Origin: an uncultured Alphaproteobacteria bacterium
Lineage (GTDB): Bacteria > Pseudomonadota > Alphaproteobacteria > Geminicoccales > Geminicoccaceae
Assembly: GCA_963753275.1 (NCBI GenBank)
Contig: CAVWCE010000026.1
Coordinates: 971 to 64,970 of the forward strand
Length of the DNA: 64,000 nt
Direction of reading: 5' to 3'
The notes under the pieces were generated by a model, which was not told the DNA's origin, searched no databases, and worked only from the letters and a program-made list of their open reading frames with translations. The position numbers and the translations under genes are program-made. Shown here one piece after another: positions 10,753-21,417 of the stretch (position 1 is the stretch's first letter; the number at the start of each line of letters is the position of its first letter).

Positions 10753-13223
10753 ATGCCGTCCGCCCCGACCGATCGACTGCCGCAGGTCGAAACCGCCGAG
10801 CTACCGCCCAACTTCCGCGACTGGTTCGCCCGCCGCGGCTGGCGACCGCACCGCCATCAGCTCGCGATGCTGGACGCCGCCCGGCGCGGGCAGTCGGCGC
10901 TGCTGGTCGCGCCGACCGGCGGCGGCAAGACGCTGGCGGGCTTCCTGCCGAGCCTGGTCGCCCTCGACCGCAGCCCCGAGAACGGCTTGCACACCCTCTA
11001 CGTCTCGCCGCTCAAGGCGCTGACCACCGACATCGCGCGCAATCTCCGGGCGCCGATCGAGGAGATCGGGCTCGCGGTCCGCGCCGAGACGCGGACCGGC
11101 GACACGCCGCAGAACCGCCGGCTCCGACAGCGCAGGGCGCCACCCGACATCCTCCTGACGACGCCCGAGTCGCTGGCGCTGCTGCTGTCCTATCCCGAGG
11201 CACCTGCGATGTTCGGCGGGCTTGCCACCGTGATCGTCGACGAGCTCCATGCGCTCGCCGCCGCCAAGCGCGGTCAGCTGCTGGCGCTCGGCCTCGCGCG
11301 GCTCGGGCAGCTTGCGCCGCGCGCGCGCTTCGTCGGCCTGTCCGCGACCGTGCGCGAGCCGGCGGCGCTGCTCGCCTATCTGGCGCCCGGCGCCCGGCCG
11401 GCGCGCCTGATCGAGGGCGCGCCCGGCCCGGCGCCGGAGGTGGCGATCCTGGTCCCGGACGCGCGCCTGCCCTGGGCCGGCCACTACGGCACCTATGCCG
11501 CGCCGGCGCTCTACGCGACGATCAAGGCCGCCGGGACCACGCTCGTCTTCGTCAACACGCGCGCCCAGGCGGAGCTGCTCTTCCGCGAGCTGTGGCGGCA
11601 CAACGACGACCTCCTGCCGATCGCGCTGCACCACGGCTCGCTCGCGGTCGAGCAGCGGCGCCGGGTCGAGGCGGCGATGGTCGCGGGCGCCCTCAAGGCG
11701 ATCGTCTGCACCTCCTCGCTCGATCTCGGCATCGACTGGGGCGCCGTTGATCTCGTGGTCCAGATCGGGGCACCCAAGGGCGTAGCACGGCTCCTGCAGC
11801 GGATCGGACGCGCCAACCATCGCCTCGACCAGCCGTCGCGCGCGCTGCTGGTGCCCGGCAACCGGTTCGAGGTGCTGGAGTGCCGCGCGGCGCTCGACGC
11901 GATCCGCGAGCGCACGCTGGATGGCGACCCGCCGCACCCGGGCGGGCTCGACGTGCTGGCCCAGCACCTGGTCGGGACCGCCTGCTGCGGCCCGTTCGAC
12001 GCCGACCGGCTGTACGCGGAGGTCCGCACCGCCCAGCCCTACGCCGGCCTGAGCCGCGCCGACTTCGACGCCGTCCTCGAGCTGGTCGCGACCGGCGGCT
12101 ACGCGCTCGGCGCCTACGAGCGCTTCCGGCGGCTGAAGCGCGGGCGCCGACGGGCTCTGGCGGCTGGCCGACCGGCGGCTCACAAGGCGCTACCGGATGA
12201 ACGTCGGCACGATCGTCGAGGCGCCGATGCTGCGGGTCCGCCTCAAGGGCCGCCGCCAGGTGCTGGGCGAGGTCGAGGAAGAGTTCGTCGAGCTGGCTGC
12301 GGCCGGGCGACGTCTTCCAGTTCGCCGGCCGCACGCTGCGCTTCGAGGGCATTCGCGCGACCTTCGCCGAGGTCAGCCTCGCCGCGCCCGGCCGCGAGCC
12401 GACGGTGCCGAGCTACATGGGCACGCGCATGGCCTTCACGACCCACCTCGCGGCCCGCGTGCGCGGCTATCTGGCCGAGCCCGAGCGCTGGCAGGGGCTG
12501 CCGGACGAGGTCGTCCGCTGGCTGCGCCTGCAGGGCGAGCGCTCGGCGCTGCCGGGCGCGGACCAGCTCCTGGTCGAGACCTTCCCGCGCCGCGCGCGCC
12601 ACTACATGGTGAGCTACGCCTTCGTCGGCTGGAACGCGCACCAGACGCTCGGCATGCTGCTGACCCGGCGGATGGAGCGCCTCGGCCTGAAGCCGCTGGG
12701 CTTTGCTGCCAGCGACTACATGCTGGCGATCTGGAGCCTCGAGCCGGTGACCGATCCGGCCGCGCTGTTCGACGTCGCGATCCTGGGCGAGGAGCTCGAG
12801 GACTGGATGGCCGATACCAGCCTCCTCAAGCGCACCTTCAGGAACGTCGCCGTGGTCGCGGGCCTGATCGAGCGCCGGCGGCCGGGAGCGGAGAAGAGCG
12901 GCCGCCAGGTCACGATCAGCTCCGACCTGATCTACGACGTGCTGCGCAAGCACGAGCCCGACCACGTCCTCTTGCGCGCGACCCGCGCCGAGGCGGCGGT
13001 CGGCCTGATGGACGTGCGCCGGCTCGCCGACCTCCTGGTGAGCGTCCAGGGGAAGATCGTGCATCGCGCGCTCGACCGGGTCTCGCCCCTCGCCGTGCCG
13101 GTGCTGGTCGAGATCGGCAAGGAGCGCGTCGCCGGGGAGGCCGACGACGCCCTGCTCGCCGAGGCCGCGGCCGAGCTGATGGCCGAGGCGCAGGGCCAGG
13201 TTGAGAACGGGCTCCCGACCTGA
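10753..13223 (+). pseudogene. Lhr-like DEXH-box helicase (ligase-associated DNA damage response helicase type); frame broken at least 3 times between about 12130 and 12400
   Basis: HRHQLAMLDAARRGQSALLVAPTGGGKTLAG (motif I), VIVDELHAL (motif II), HHGSLAVEQRRRVE. The C-terminal domain is in ORF 12405-13223 (SYMGTRMAF..WNAHQTLGMLLTRRME..). Confidence 0.8.
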
Positions 13224-13959
13224 TGATGGACAGTCCGGCGCTCGTCGCGCCTCGAGGCGCCCCAAGGCTTGGCAAAGGCGGCGCCGCGCCCTCCCTCGCT
13301 CCGCCACACCAGCCCCGGCCTCGACGTCCTCGACCCGGAGCCGCCGCCTCCGGACCACCCCCCTCTTCACCCTCGACAACGTGGTCCTCAGCCCCACAAC
13401 GCCGGCCGGCATTAGCAACGGAAGCCGCGATCCCCATGGCGATCTCCACCGCCCGCAACGCCCCTCGCCGGCCTCGACGGCAAGCTCGATGCGTTGATCG
13501 TGGTCAACCGCGAGGTGCTGTGAGGTGAGGGCGTCCTGGTGGTCGTCCGATCCACGGCTTGGCCGCCAACGCCCCGCAGCTAGACCTCAGATTTCCCATT
13601 GCAAGCGCAGCGGGCCCGGGCGATAGAGGTTGGGTGAGTTTGCGGCCAGCGTAGGGGCACGTCTCCTCCTATCTGCAAGAGAGCATTTCGCCGATACCAC
13701 ATAACTCTTGTGTAGACGCGCAACATCCTCGACCGTTGAAAGCCCGCGACGTGGGCACTCTCGACGAATACCTGACGAATGAATCCTCACAGACCAGCAA
13801 GAGCTGACTAAGCTCGAGCGAGTCATTCAGGATACCAGCACTACCCTAGTCCGAGCCTTCGTTGAGGAGAAGGGTTGGCCTTATCGACTGAAGCGCGGTG
13901 CCGAGAATTTGATCGAGGAGAAGCCGTCCATCGGCTCACACAGCACGACTGCGATGGTG

Positions 13960-14204
13960 ACACTATCGCTACTGTACTGCGTGCCCAATCCGATAGCGTC
14001 GTCCTTTTCGACGAGATTGACAATTTCCGGCTTGACCGTGACACACGACGCTACGCCAAGCAGGAGACTGTGCTTCAGTTTATGACGCCGGGAATGCTGA
14101 CAAAGCTGAACGATCTGCGCCGCGCCGAGCGTATCATCTTAGTCATCGCGACCAACTACGAGAACCGTATCGATCCGGCCATCAAGCGACCCGGGCGAAT
14201 AGAT
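13960..14204 (+). pseudogene. AAA+ ATPase fragment (Walker B to arginine-finger region only)
   Basis: ORF 13875-14330 contains SVVLFDEIDNF .. RIILVIATNYENRIDPAIKRPGRID. I found no Walker A upstream. Family text stops abruptly at about 14204. Confidence 0.55.
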
Positions 14205-14291
14205 CAACGCGAAGCCGAGCGCGACCAGAGCGTAGATCGCGCCCACGGTGATGCCGGCGAACAGGTTCGCGGCCACGCTGTCGATCTCGAA
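14199..14291 (-). pseudogene. Remnant of a LivH-type branched-chain amino acid ABC permease N-terminus
   Basis: Minus ORF 14139-14564 contains ..NLFAGITVGAIYALVALGFALIY, typical of the first LivH helix. It then runs into the antisense of the AAA fragment. Confidence 0.4.
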
Positions 14292-14595
14292 CGGCTGCGA
14301 TCGGCTCCGATCCCGCGGCTTGCCGTTTGACGGCGCCGCCGCCCTGGGCGAGAGTGCGAGCCGCGTGGAGAATTGCCGCGGCGGTGGCACGCCCAAAACC
14401 GCGCCTGTCGTTCTCGGAGAATCACCGCTTTGAGCTTGCCCAGGCCAGCAAACCTCCACATAATCGTCGCGTTGAATAGGAAGGCTGGGACGACGGGCAA
14501 GCAATGACAGGCGGGAGGGGTGGGGCGGCTCCTCACGTCGGGAGTTTATTTTGTCGGCCAACAATCAGGAGAGGCGATATGCCCGGGGTGCGACC

Positions 14596-15930
14596 ATGGC
14601 CCGCACGACGTCGTTGACCAAGCGGTGCCTTGCCGCACCTGGCCGAATCGCGCGGCTCTGCATGGGCCGGCGCGACCTGTCGGTCAAGGCCCAGCTTGCC
14701 ACCGGGGCCGTGATCTTCGCGCTCTCGGCATGGGTCACCGCGACCTCGGTCGGCTACCTGGGCAACCGCCACCTGCTGAGCGACAGCTACCAGCAGATCA
14801 GCAGGCTCGAGCAGGCGTATGCCGACCTGCAGTCCCGGTCCGAGCTCTCGACGACCGCCTTGCTGGAGCAGGTTGGTCGGCTCGAGGCGACCGCCGAGGA
14901 CCAGCGCGCCTCGATCCGCGACCTCGCCGCGATCCAGGACACCCTCGGACGGCAGCTTGACTCGCGCAATCGCCAGCTCGCGGGCATCGCCGAGCAGCGC
15001 AACTACGCCCGGACGCTGGTCGGCGAGCTCGAGCAGGCGATGGCCCAGGTCGAGGACCTGATGCAGAGCGTCGTGGCGGACAAGTCCGCGCTCGAGGAAC
15101 GGCTCGAGGCGACCCGGACTCGCCTCGCCGCGGTCAGCCAGGAGCGCGACGCCGGGCGCCAGGTCGAGGTCGGCCTGCGCTGGCAGGTCGCGCAGCTCGA
15201 GGGCGAGGTCCAGCAGCTGCGCAGCCGGCGCGAGACCGCGCAGCTCTGGCTCAAGGACTGGGTGCTCGGGAGCACCGAGGCGCTCGAGCAGCTGTTCGTC
15301 GAGACCGGGGTCGACCTCGAGGGCTTGATCGAGCGCGCTACGGCCCCCGAGCTCGGCCAGGGCGGCCCGCTCCAGGTCGCGGCGCTCGATCCGGAGCACG
15401 GTCGGCCGGCGCTGGTCATGCCGGCCGATCCGATGCGCAACAACATCGAGCGTCTGTCGGCCCTGCAGAGGCTGGCGCGCACCCTGCCGCTCGCCTCGCC
15501 GCTCGACCATTTCGAGCTGACCAGCGCCTACGGCAAGCGCCGCGATCCGTTCACCAGGGGCTGGGCGTTCCATGCCGGGCTCGACTTCAGCGCGGCCTCC
15601 GGATCCAAGATCCTGGCGACCGCGCCGGGCCGGGTGGTCCACGCCGGACCCGCCGGGCCTTACGGCAACATGGTCGAGATCGATCACGGCATGGGGGTCG
15701 TGACCCGCTACGGTCACCTCAAGTCGATCGGCGTGGCGCCGGGCGACGAGGTCCAGTTCCGCGAGGAGATCGGCGTGATCGGCAATACCGGCCGGAGCAC
15801 GGCGCTCCATCTGCACTACGAGGTCCGGATCGACGACACGGCCTACGATCCGGCGCGGTTCCTGGACGCCGGCCGCCTCCTGGTCGGAATCTTCGCGAAC
15901 GCGGGGCAGGACCCGGCCGACCAGGGGTGA
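14596..15930 (+). CDS. M23 (LytM-domain) metallopeptidase with a long coiled-coil N-terminal region
   Basis: Intact ORF. C-terminal text: FHAGLDFSAASGSKILATAPGRVVHAG..GNMVEIDHG..TRYGHL..IGNTGRSTALHLHYEV. The start is uncertain (14551, 14596 or 14662). Confidence 0.85.
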   Translation: MARTTSLTKRCLAAPGRIARLCMGRRDLSVKAQLATGAVIFALSAWVTATSVGYLGNRHLLSDSYQQISRLEQAYADLQSRSELSTTALLEQVGRLEATAEDQRASIRDLAAIQDTLGRQLDSRNRQLAGIAEQRNYARTLVGELEQAMAQVEDLMQSVVADKSALEERLEATRTRLAAVSQERDAGRQVEVGLRWQVAQLEGEVQQLRSRRETAQLWLKDWVLGSTEALEQLFVETGVDLEGLIERATAPELGQGGPLQVAALDPEHGRPALVMPADPMRNNIERLSALQRLARTLPLASPLDHFELTSAYGKRRDPFTRGWAFHAGLDFSAASGSKILATAPGRVVHAGPAGPYGNMVEIDHGMGVVTRYGHLKSIGVAPGDEVQFREEIGVIGNTGRSTALHLHYEVRIDDTAYDPARFLDAGRLLVGIFANAGQDPADQG

Positions 15931-16079
15931 GGCCGTACGTCCTGTCGCCCCACGACGCTGCTCTGGAAAGGGTCGGGCCGCGCGACTATCTCTCGTGATC
16001 GGCCCGGCCATCGACGCCGGGCTCCAGTCGACGGCGAGCCAACCGCAGGGAGCGGAATGCTACGGGCGTCCGGAGCTGC

Positions 16080-16487
16080 ATGACGGGTGAAGGCGAGGTT
16101 GGCACGACCGCGACGGCGACGCGGCCGCCTGGGATGGATCCGAACCAGCTGCAGCGGCGCGCACGCGAAGCATCCGAACTCCTGAAGGCGCTCGGCAACC
16201 CCCACCGGCTGATGATCCTCTGCCAGCTGCTCGAGGGTGAGAAGTCGGTCGGCGAGCTGGTGCGTTCAATCGGCCTCAGCCAGTCGGCGCTCTCGCAGCA
16301 TCTGGCGCGGCTGCGCCGCGACCGGCTGGTGAGCACGCGGCGCTCGGCGCAGACCATCTACTATGCGCTCGCGGGCGCCGAGGCGCGGGCGCTGCTGCAG
16401 ACCCTGCATGGCCTCTACTGCGGCCGCGAGCTGGCCGAGGCGGCGCTCGAGCGCAATCGCGCGGCGGTCGCCGCCGGAGCACGCTAG
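16080..16487 (+). CDS. ArsR/SmtB family transcriptional regulator
   Basis: LLKALGNPHRLMILCQLLEGEKSVGELVRSIGLSQSALSQHLARLRRDRLV. Its TAG stop shares a CTAG with the convergent anchor-subunit gene. Confidence 0.9.
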   Translation: MTGEGEVGTTATATRPPGMDPNQLQRRAREASELLKALGNPHRLMILCQLLEGEKSVGELVRSIGLSQSALSQHLARLRRDRLVSTRRSAQTIYYALAGAEARALLQTLHGLYCGRELAEAALERNRAAVAAGAR

Positions 16488-17449
16488 GCGGCGGCCTGCG
16501 GCGCGCCCGGGCGGCGCCCGTAGTAGAGCATCGCCGTATGGGTCGCCTCGGCGAAGAACAGCCAACGCTCGAGCGCGATGCCGAGGATGCCCAAGAGCGC
16601 GGCCAGCGTCGCGAGCAGGGCCGCGGCCCAGCCGGGCGCCGGTAGCGCCACGAGCGTCAAGAGGACACCCCCGCCGAGCCCGCAGGCGTAGGCCAGGGCG
16701 CGCAGCTTGCGCGCATGCCTGCGGGCGACGACGAAGCCCATCTCGTCGAGCAGGTAGTTGGTCTGGGTGTGCGGGGGCTCGATCATCCGCACCAGGCCTT
16801 GCGCACCGAGCCCGGTCGCGCTCTCGGGCGTGCTGCCGGGCGCGGCCGCGTCGATCGCGCGCCAGTACGCCGTCTTGAGCGCGAACGCCAGGACCGTCGC
16901 GAGCAGCGCGAGCACGGCGGCGCCGGCGCGCGCCAGCCCGAACCAGGCGAGCAGCAGGTGCAGCAGGAGCGCGCCGCTCATCAGGGCGAAGGCCAGGTAG
17001 ATCGGGGCGACCAACGGCTGATGCCACTGCCGGATCGGCTTGAGGGACGCGTAGATCATCCCGGTGCAATAGACCGTCGCGACGGCGCCGAGCGCCGCCA
17101 GGAGCGCGCACAGCGCGAACCAACCCCCCATCCGCTCGAGGCGGATCCAGCCGAGCGCGAGACCGAGCGCCGGCGGGTAGGTGAGCAGCGCCAAGGCGCC
17201 CTCGCGCGACAGCCAGGACGTCCGCCACTGGCTGACCGCGCGCCAGGCGCGCTCGGGATGGCCGAGATGCGCCGCCGACGAGACCAGCCCGAGCGTGATC
17301 AGCGCCAGCGCGAGACCGAGGCCGGCGGCTCCGAAGCCGCGCTCGCTCGGGACCAGGCCGAAGGGCGCGCCGAGCGCCAGCAGAAAAAGGAGGCCGTAGC
17401 CGGCGCCGGAGGCGGTCGTGAACAGGACGATCGAGGGCGCCGGGCGCAA
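16484..17449 (-). CDS. DmsC-like membrane anchor subunit of the Mo-oxidoreductase (SoeC-like)
   Basis: C-terminal 321 codons of ORF 16484-18097, multi-helix hydrophobic (APSIVLFTTASGAGYGLLFL..). A TTG start gives MRPAPSIV. It lies 8 nt after the ferredoxin-subunit stop. Confidence 0.75.
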   Translation of the reverse strand: MRPAPSIVLFTTASGAGYGLLFLLALGAPFGLVPSERGFGAAGLGLALALITLGLVSSAAHLGHPERAWRAVSQWRTSWLSREGALALLTYPPALGLALGWIRLERMGGWFALCALLAALGAVATVYCTGMIYASLKPIRQWHQPLVAPIYLAFALMSGALLLHLLLAWFGLARAGAAVLALLATVLAFALKTAYWRAIDAAAPGSTPESATGLGAQGLVRMIEPPHTQTNYLLDEMGFVVARRHARKLRALAYACGLGGGVLLTLVALPAPGWAAALLATLAALLGILGIALERWLFFAEATHTAMLYYGRRPGAPQAAA

Positions 17450-17457
17450 GCCGGGGC

Positions 17458-18198
17458 TCAGTCCGCCAGGATCCGGTCCAGCCAGGCGAGGAACCCGCCG
17501 TGCGGTCGCGCCGGCTCGAGCGCCGCGGGCGCGCCGAGATAGCCGGGCGCGGTCCTGCGCGGCCGCGGCGGCAGGTACTTGTTGGTCGGGCGGTAGCCCA
17601 TCTCCGGCATCAGGTCGTAGCCGCCGCGCGCGGCGACCAGGCGCGAGACCGCCGACTCCGGATCGGCGAGGTCGCCGTAGTGGCGGGCGCCCGCCGGGCA
17701 GGTCCGGACGCAGGCCGGCAGCCGGTCGACCTCCTCGAGGTTCTCGTTGTAGATGCGATCGATGCAGAGCGTGCACTTCTTCATCACGCCCTGGTCGGCG
17801 TCGAGCTCGCGCGCGCCATAGGGGCAGGCCCAGGCGCATAGCCCGCAGCCGATGCACAAGCCCTCGTCGACCAGCACGATGCCGTCCTCGGCGCGCTTGT
17901 AGGAGGCGCCGGTCGGGCAGACCGTGACGCAGGCCGCATCCTCGCAGTGCAGGCAGGACTTCGGGAAATGCACCGTCCGGCTGTCCGGCCCCGCGCCGAC
18001 CTCGAAGCCGTGCACCCGGTTGAGCCAAGCGCCGCGCGCCTCGGCGCCGTAGGGGTCCTGATCGGTCAGCGGAGCGGGGTAGCCGCCGGTGTTCCATTCC
18101 TTGCAGTGGACCACGCAGGCCTGGCAGCCGACGCAGGTGTCGAGGTCAATCACCAGGCCGAGGCGCCGGGGCGGCGGGGTCTGCGGCAGGCTGGTCAT
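17458..18198 (-). CDS. 4Fe-4S dicluster (four-cluster) electron-transfer subunit, DmsB/PsrB-like (SoeB-like)
   Basis: Intact 246 aa. Cys motifs CVGCQACVVHC, CLHCEDAACVTVC and CIGCGLCAWAC. No Tat leader. Its start overlaps the upstream gene's stop. Confidence 0.9.
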   Translation of the reverse strand: MTSLPQTPPPRRLGLVIDLDTCVGCQACVVHCKEWNTGGYPAPLTDQDPYGAEARGAWLNRVHGFEVGAGPDSRTVHFPKSCLHCEDAACVTVCPTGASYKRAEDGIVLVDEGLCIGCGLCAWACPYGARELDADQGVMKKCTLCIDRIYNENLEEVDRLPACVRTCPAGARHYGDLADPESAVSRLVAARGGYDLMPEMGYRPTNKYLPPRPRRTAPGYLGAPAALEPARPHGGFLAWLDRILAD

Positions 18199-21081
18199 GC
18201 CGGCCGCCTCCGACGCGCGCGGAACTCGGCGCCGTAGCGCGAGACCTGCGGCGCGGCGCCGAGGCTCGGAGGCGGCCGCAGCAGCGCGAACTGCGGCGCG
18301 CTGGCGCCGGCTTCGGCGGCAGCCGCCGGCTCGAGCCGGACCCGCAGGTCGTACCAGGCCGCCTGCCCGGTCACCGGGTCGGCGTTGGCGTAGCGATAGC
18401 CGCCTTCGCGCTCGGGCAGAAGCTCATCGATCAAATGGTTGAGCAGAAAGCCTTTGGTTGCCTCGGGCGCATCCGCGGCGAGGTTCCAGGCGCCGGGCCG
18501 CTTGGCGATCGCGTTCCAGGTCCAGCAGGTCTCGGGATTGACGCCCTCCATCAGGCGGATCTGGGCCTTGACCCGGCCGTGCCGGCTGGTGATCCAGACC
18601 CAGGCATCGTCCTCGATCCCGAGCGCCTCGGCTCGCTGCCGGCTGAGATAGAGGCGGTTGCTGCCGTGGATCTGGCGCAGCCAGGCGTTCATCCCGCCCC
18701 AGGAGTGGTACATCGCCATCGGCCGCTGGGTGATGGCGTGGAGCGGAAAGTCCTGCCCCTCGCCCGCGCGATCCTCGAACGGCGGGTACCAGAACGGCAA
18801 CGGGTCGAAGTAGGTCCGGATCCGGGCACGATCCCGCTCCGGCGGCTGCACGGGACCATGGCCCTCCGCGGCGAGGCGGAACCTCTGCAGCACCTCGCTG
18901 TAGAGCTGGAGCGTGATCGGCTCGGCGCGCGCGATGAAGCCCATCCGTACGGCGTAGTCGAGATAGGCCCGGTTGGCGTGCTTGAGGTAGCGCGCCTCGG
19001 GCGGGATCTCGCCGCGCCAGAAGCAGCCGTTCTCGACGTAGCGCTCGAGCTGCTCCGGGTTGGGCGGGCCCCTGCCCTCCAGGCGGCCGTCCGCGCCGCG
19101 CCAGCCCATCAGCGAGCCGACCCCGGGCTGGCGCTCGTGATGGACGAGGTAGTCGGCGTAACCGCCTGCAAAGCTCGGGCTGCCGTCCGCGTTGGTCATC
19201 CCGGGCAGGCGCAGCCGGTGGCCGAGGTCGAGCAGCACGTCCTGGAACGGCCGCACGTCCCGGTCGGGCGCGACCACCGGCTGGCGGATCGAGTTCGGCC
19301 GGGCCGTCGGCCGAGCAGATCGGCCGGTCGAGCAGCGAAATGCAGTCCCAGCGCTCGAGGTAGGTCGTGTCGGGCAGCACGAGATCGGCATAGGCGACCA
19401 TCTCGGAGAAGTAGGCGTCCGAATAGATGATCCGCGGGATGCGGTAGTCGCCGCCCGGGCCCTTCGCGGTCAGCATCTGGATCGTGCCGCCGACGTTCAT
19501 GGCCGAGTTCCAGGCCATGTTGGCCATGTACATGAACAGGGTGTCGATCGGGTAGGGATCGCCGTTGTGGGCGTTGGTGATCACCAGGTGCATCAGGCCA
19601 TGGGCGGCGAGCGGCGCTTCCCAGGAGAACGCCTTGTCGATCCGCGAGGGCGTGCCGTCGGCCTCGACCAGCAGGTCCTCGGGCCCGGTCGGGAAGCCGA
19701 GCGGCGCGCCCTGCAGCGGCCGCTCGGGCGCGACCTCGCCGGGTCCGCCCGCGGGCTGCGGCCCCGGCGGGATCGGCTTCGGGAACGGCGGCTTGTAGCG
19801 AAAGCCGCCCGGCACGTCGATGCTGCCGAGCAGGAGCTGCAGCAGATGCAGCGCGCGGCAGGTCTGGAAGCCGTTGGAATGGGCCGAGATGCCGCGCATC
19901 GCATGCATGCTGACCGGGCGCCCGACCATCTGCTCATGGCGCCGGCCGGACGCGTCGGTCCAGGGCTGGTCCAGCACCACCGGGCTGGCGAACGCGACCT
20001 GCGCCAGCTCGGCCGCGATCCGCCGGATCGTCGCCGCCGGGATCCCGGTCGCCCCTGCCACCGCGTCGGGACCGTAGGCGGGGTCGAGGTAGCGCTCGGC
20101 CAGCAGCTCGAACACCGGCCGCGCGTACCGCTCGCTCGGCAGCGTGACCCTGCCCTTGAGGTCCGGCCTCGCGTCCGGATCGTCCGCCGGGCGGACCCGC
20201 TGCCGCGCCCGGTCCCAGCACAGCGGCTGGCCGGCGCGGTTGCGCAGGACCAGGCCGTCGTCGGCGCCGCCCGGGTTGCGGATCACGAGCCACGCGGCGT
20301 TGGTGTAGCGGGTCAGGTAGTCGAGATCGATGCGGCCGGCGCGCAGCAGCTCATGGACCAGCGCCAGCACGAACAGGCCGTCGGTGCCGGGGGTGATGCC
20401 GAGCCATTCGTCCGCGATCGCCGAGTAGCCGGTGCGCACCGGGTTGACCGAGACGAACTTGACGCCGCGCCCCTTCAGCTGCCCGAGCGCGATCTTGAGC
20501 GGGTTGCTGGCGTGGTCCTCGGCGCAGCCGAACAGCATGAAGTAGCGGGTATGCTCCCAGTCCGGCTCACCGAACTCCCAGAACGAGCCGCCGATGGTGT
20601 AGATCCCCGCCGCGGCCATGTTGACCGAGCAGAAGCCGCCGTGGGCGGCGTAGTTGGGCGTGCCGAACTGGCTCGCCCACCAGCCGGTCAGCGCCTGGCT
20701 CTGGTCGCGCCCGGTGAAGAACGCCAGCTGCCGCGGATCGCGCGCACGGATGCGGCCGAGCCACGCCGTGGCCGTCGCCAGCGCCTCCTCCCACTCGATC
20801 TCCTCGAACTCGGCGGCGCCGCGCTCGCCAACCCGCTTCAACGGCCGGGTCAGGCGCGCCGGGGCGTAGTGCTGCATGACACCGGCCGCGCCCTTGGCGC
20901 ACAGGACGCCGTGGTTGACCGGGTGGTCGCGGTTGCCCTCGATGTAGCGGATCCGGCCGTCCTTGAGGTGCACTTTGATGCCGCAGCGGCAGGCGCACAT
21001 GTAGCAGGTGGTGGTCTTGACCTCGTCCGCGATCGGCGGCGAGGTGTCGACAGGCTTGCGTCCGAACAGGGAACCCTCCAC
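18195..21081 (-). pseudogene. Molybdopterin (bis-PGD) oxidoreductase catalytic subunit without a Tat signal (SoeA-like); one frame break near 19296
   Basis: ORF 18424-21081 (TTTCYMCACRCGIKVH..GVLCAKG Fe-S motif, long Mo-enzyme body) joins ORF 18195-19391 at ..LLDRPICSADGPA/NSIRQPVVAPDRDVRPFQ. Removing one base restores the frame. Confidence 0.85.
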
Positions 21082-21417
21082 GGCACATGAGGAGCGCCGC
21101 GCAAGCGCTTCCCTTGCCCTCCCGATCCTCTCCTATAGCGGCTTGCGCGCCCGCGCGCGAGGGCCGAGTTCCGCACGTGGCATGCTCAACCAGCGATCCA
21201 TAGCGCGCGACCGGGTGAACGTAGAGCATCGTGCAACTTTTCCGAGTGCGGGCGCGCGACCGCCGGATCCCGCCCGCGCCGCCGACGAGGGCCCGATCCA
21301 AAGCCGAGCCGCTGCGGCCGTGCCGCCGGTCATCAGCGCCGTGGCGGCCTCGCTTGACTACATCTCACCCCTCGGCAATGTTGCCGCGCAGTCGAGCGCC
21401 GGAGCCGCCGCCTTCCG

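Noticed and set aside
21082-21417. Possible molybdenum-cofactor riboswitch in the leader of the Mo-oxidoreductase operon
   Set aside because: The 330-bp divergent intergenic region has GC-rich hairpins, but I could not find the conserved Moco-motif core sequences by eye. This would need a covariance-model scan.
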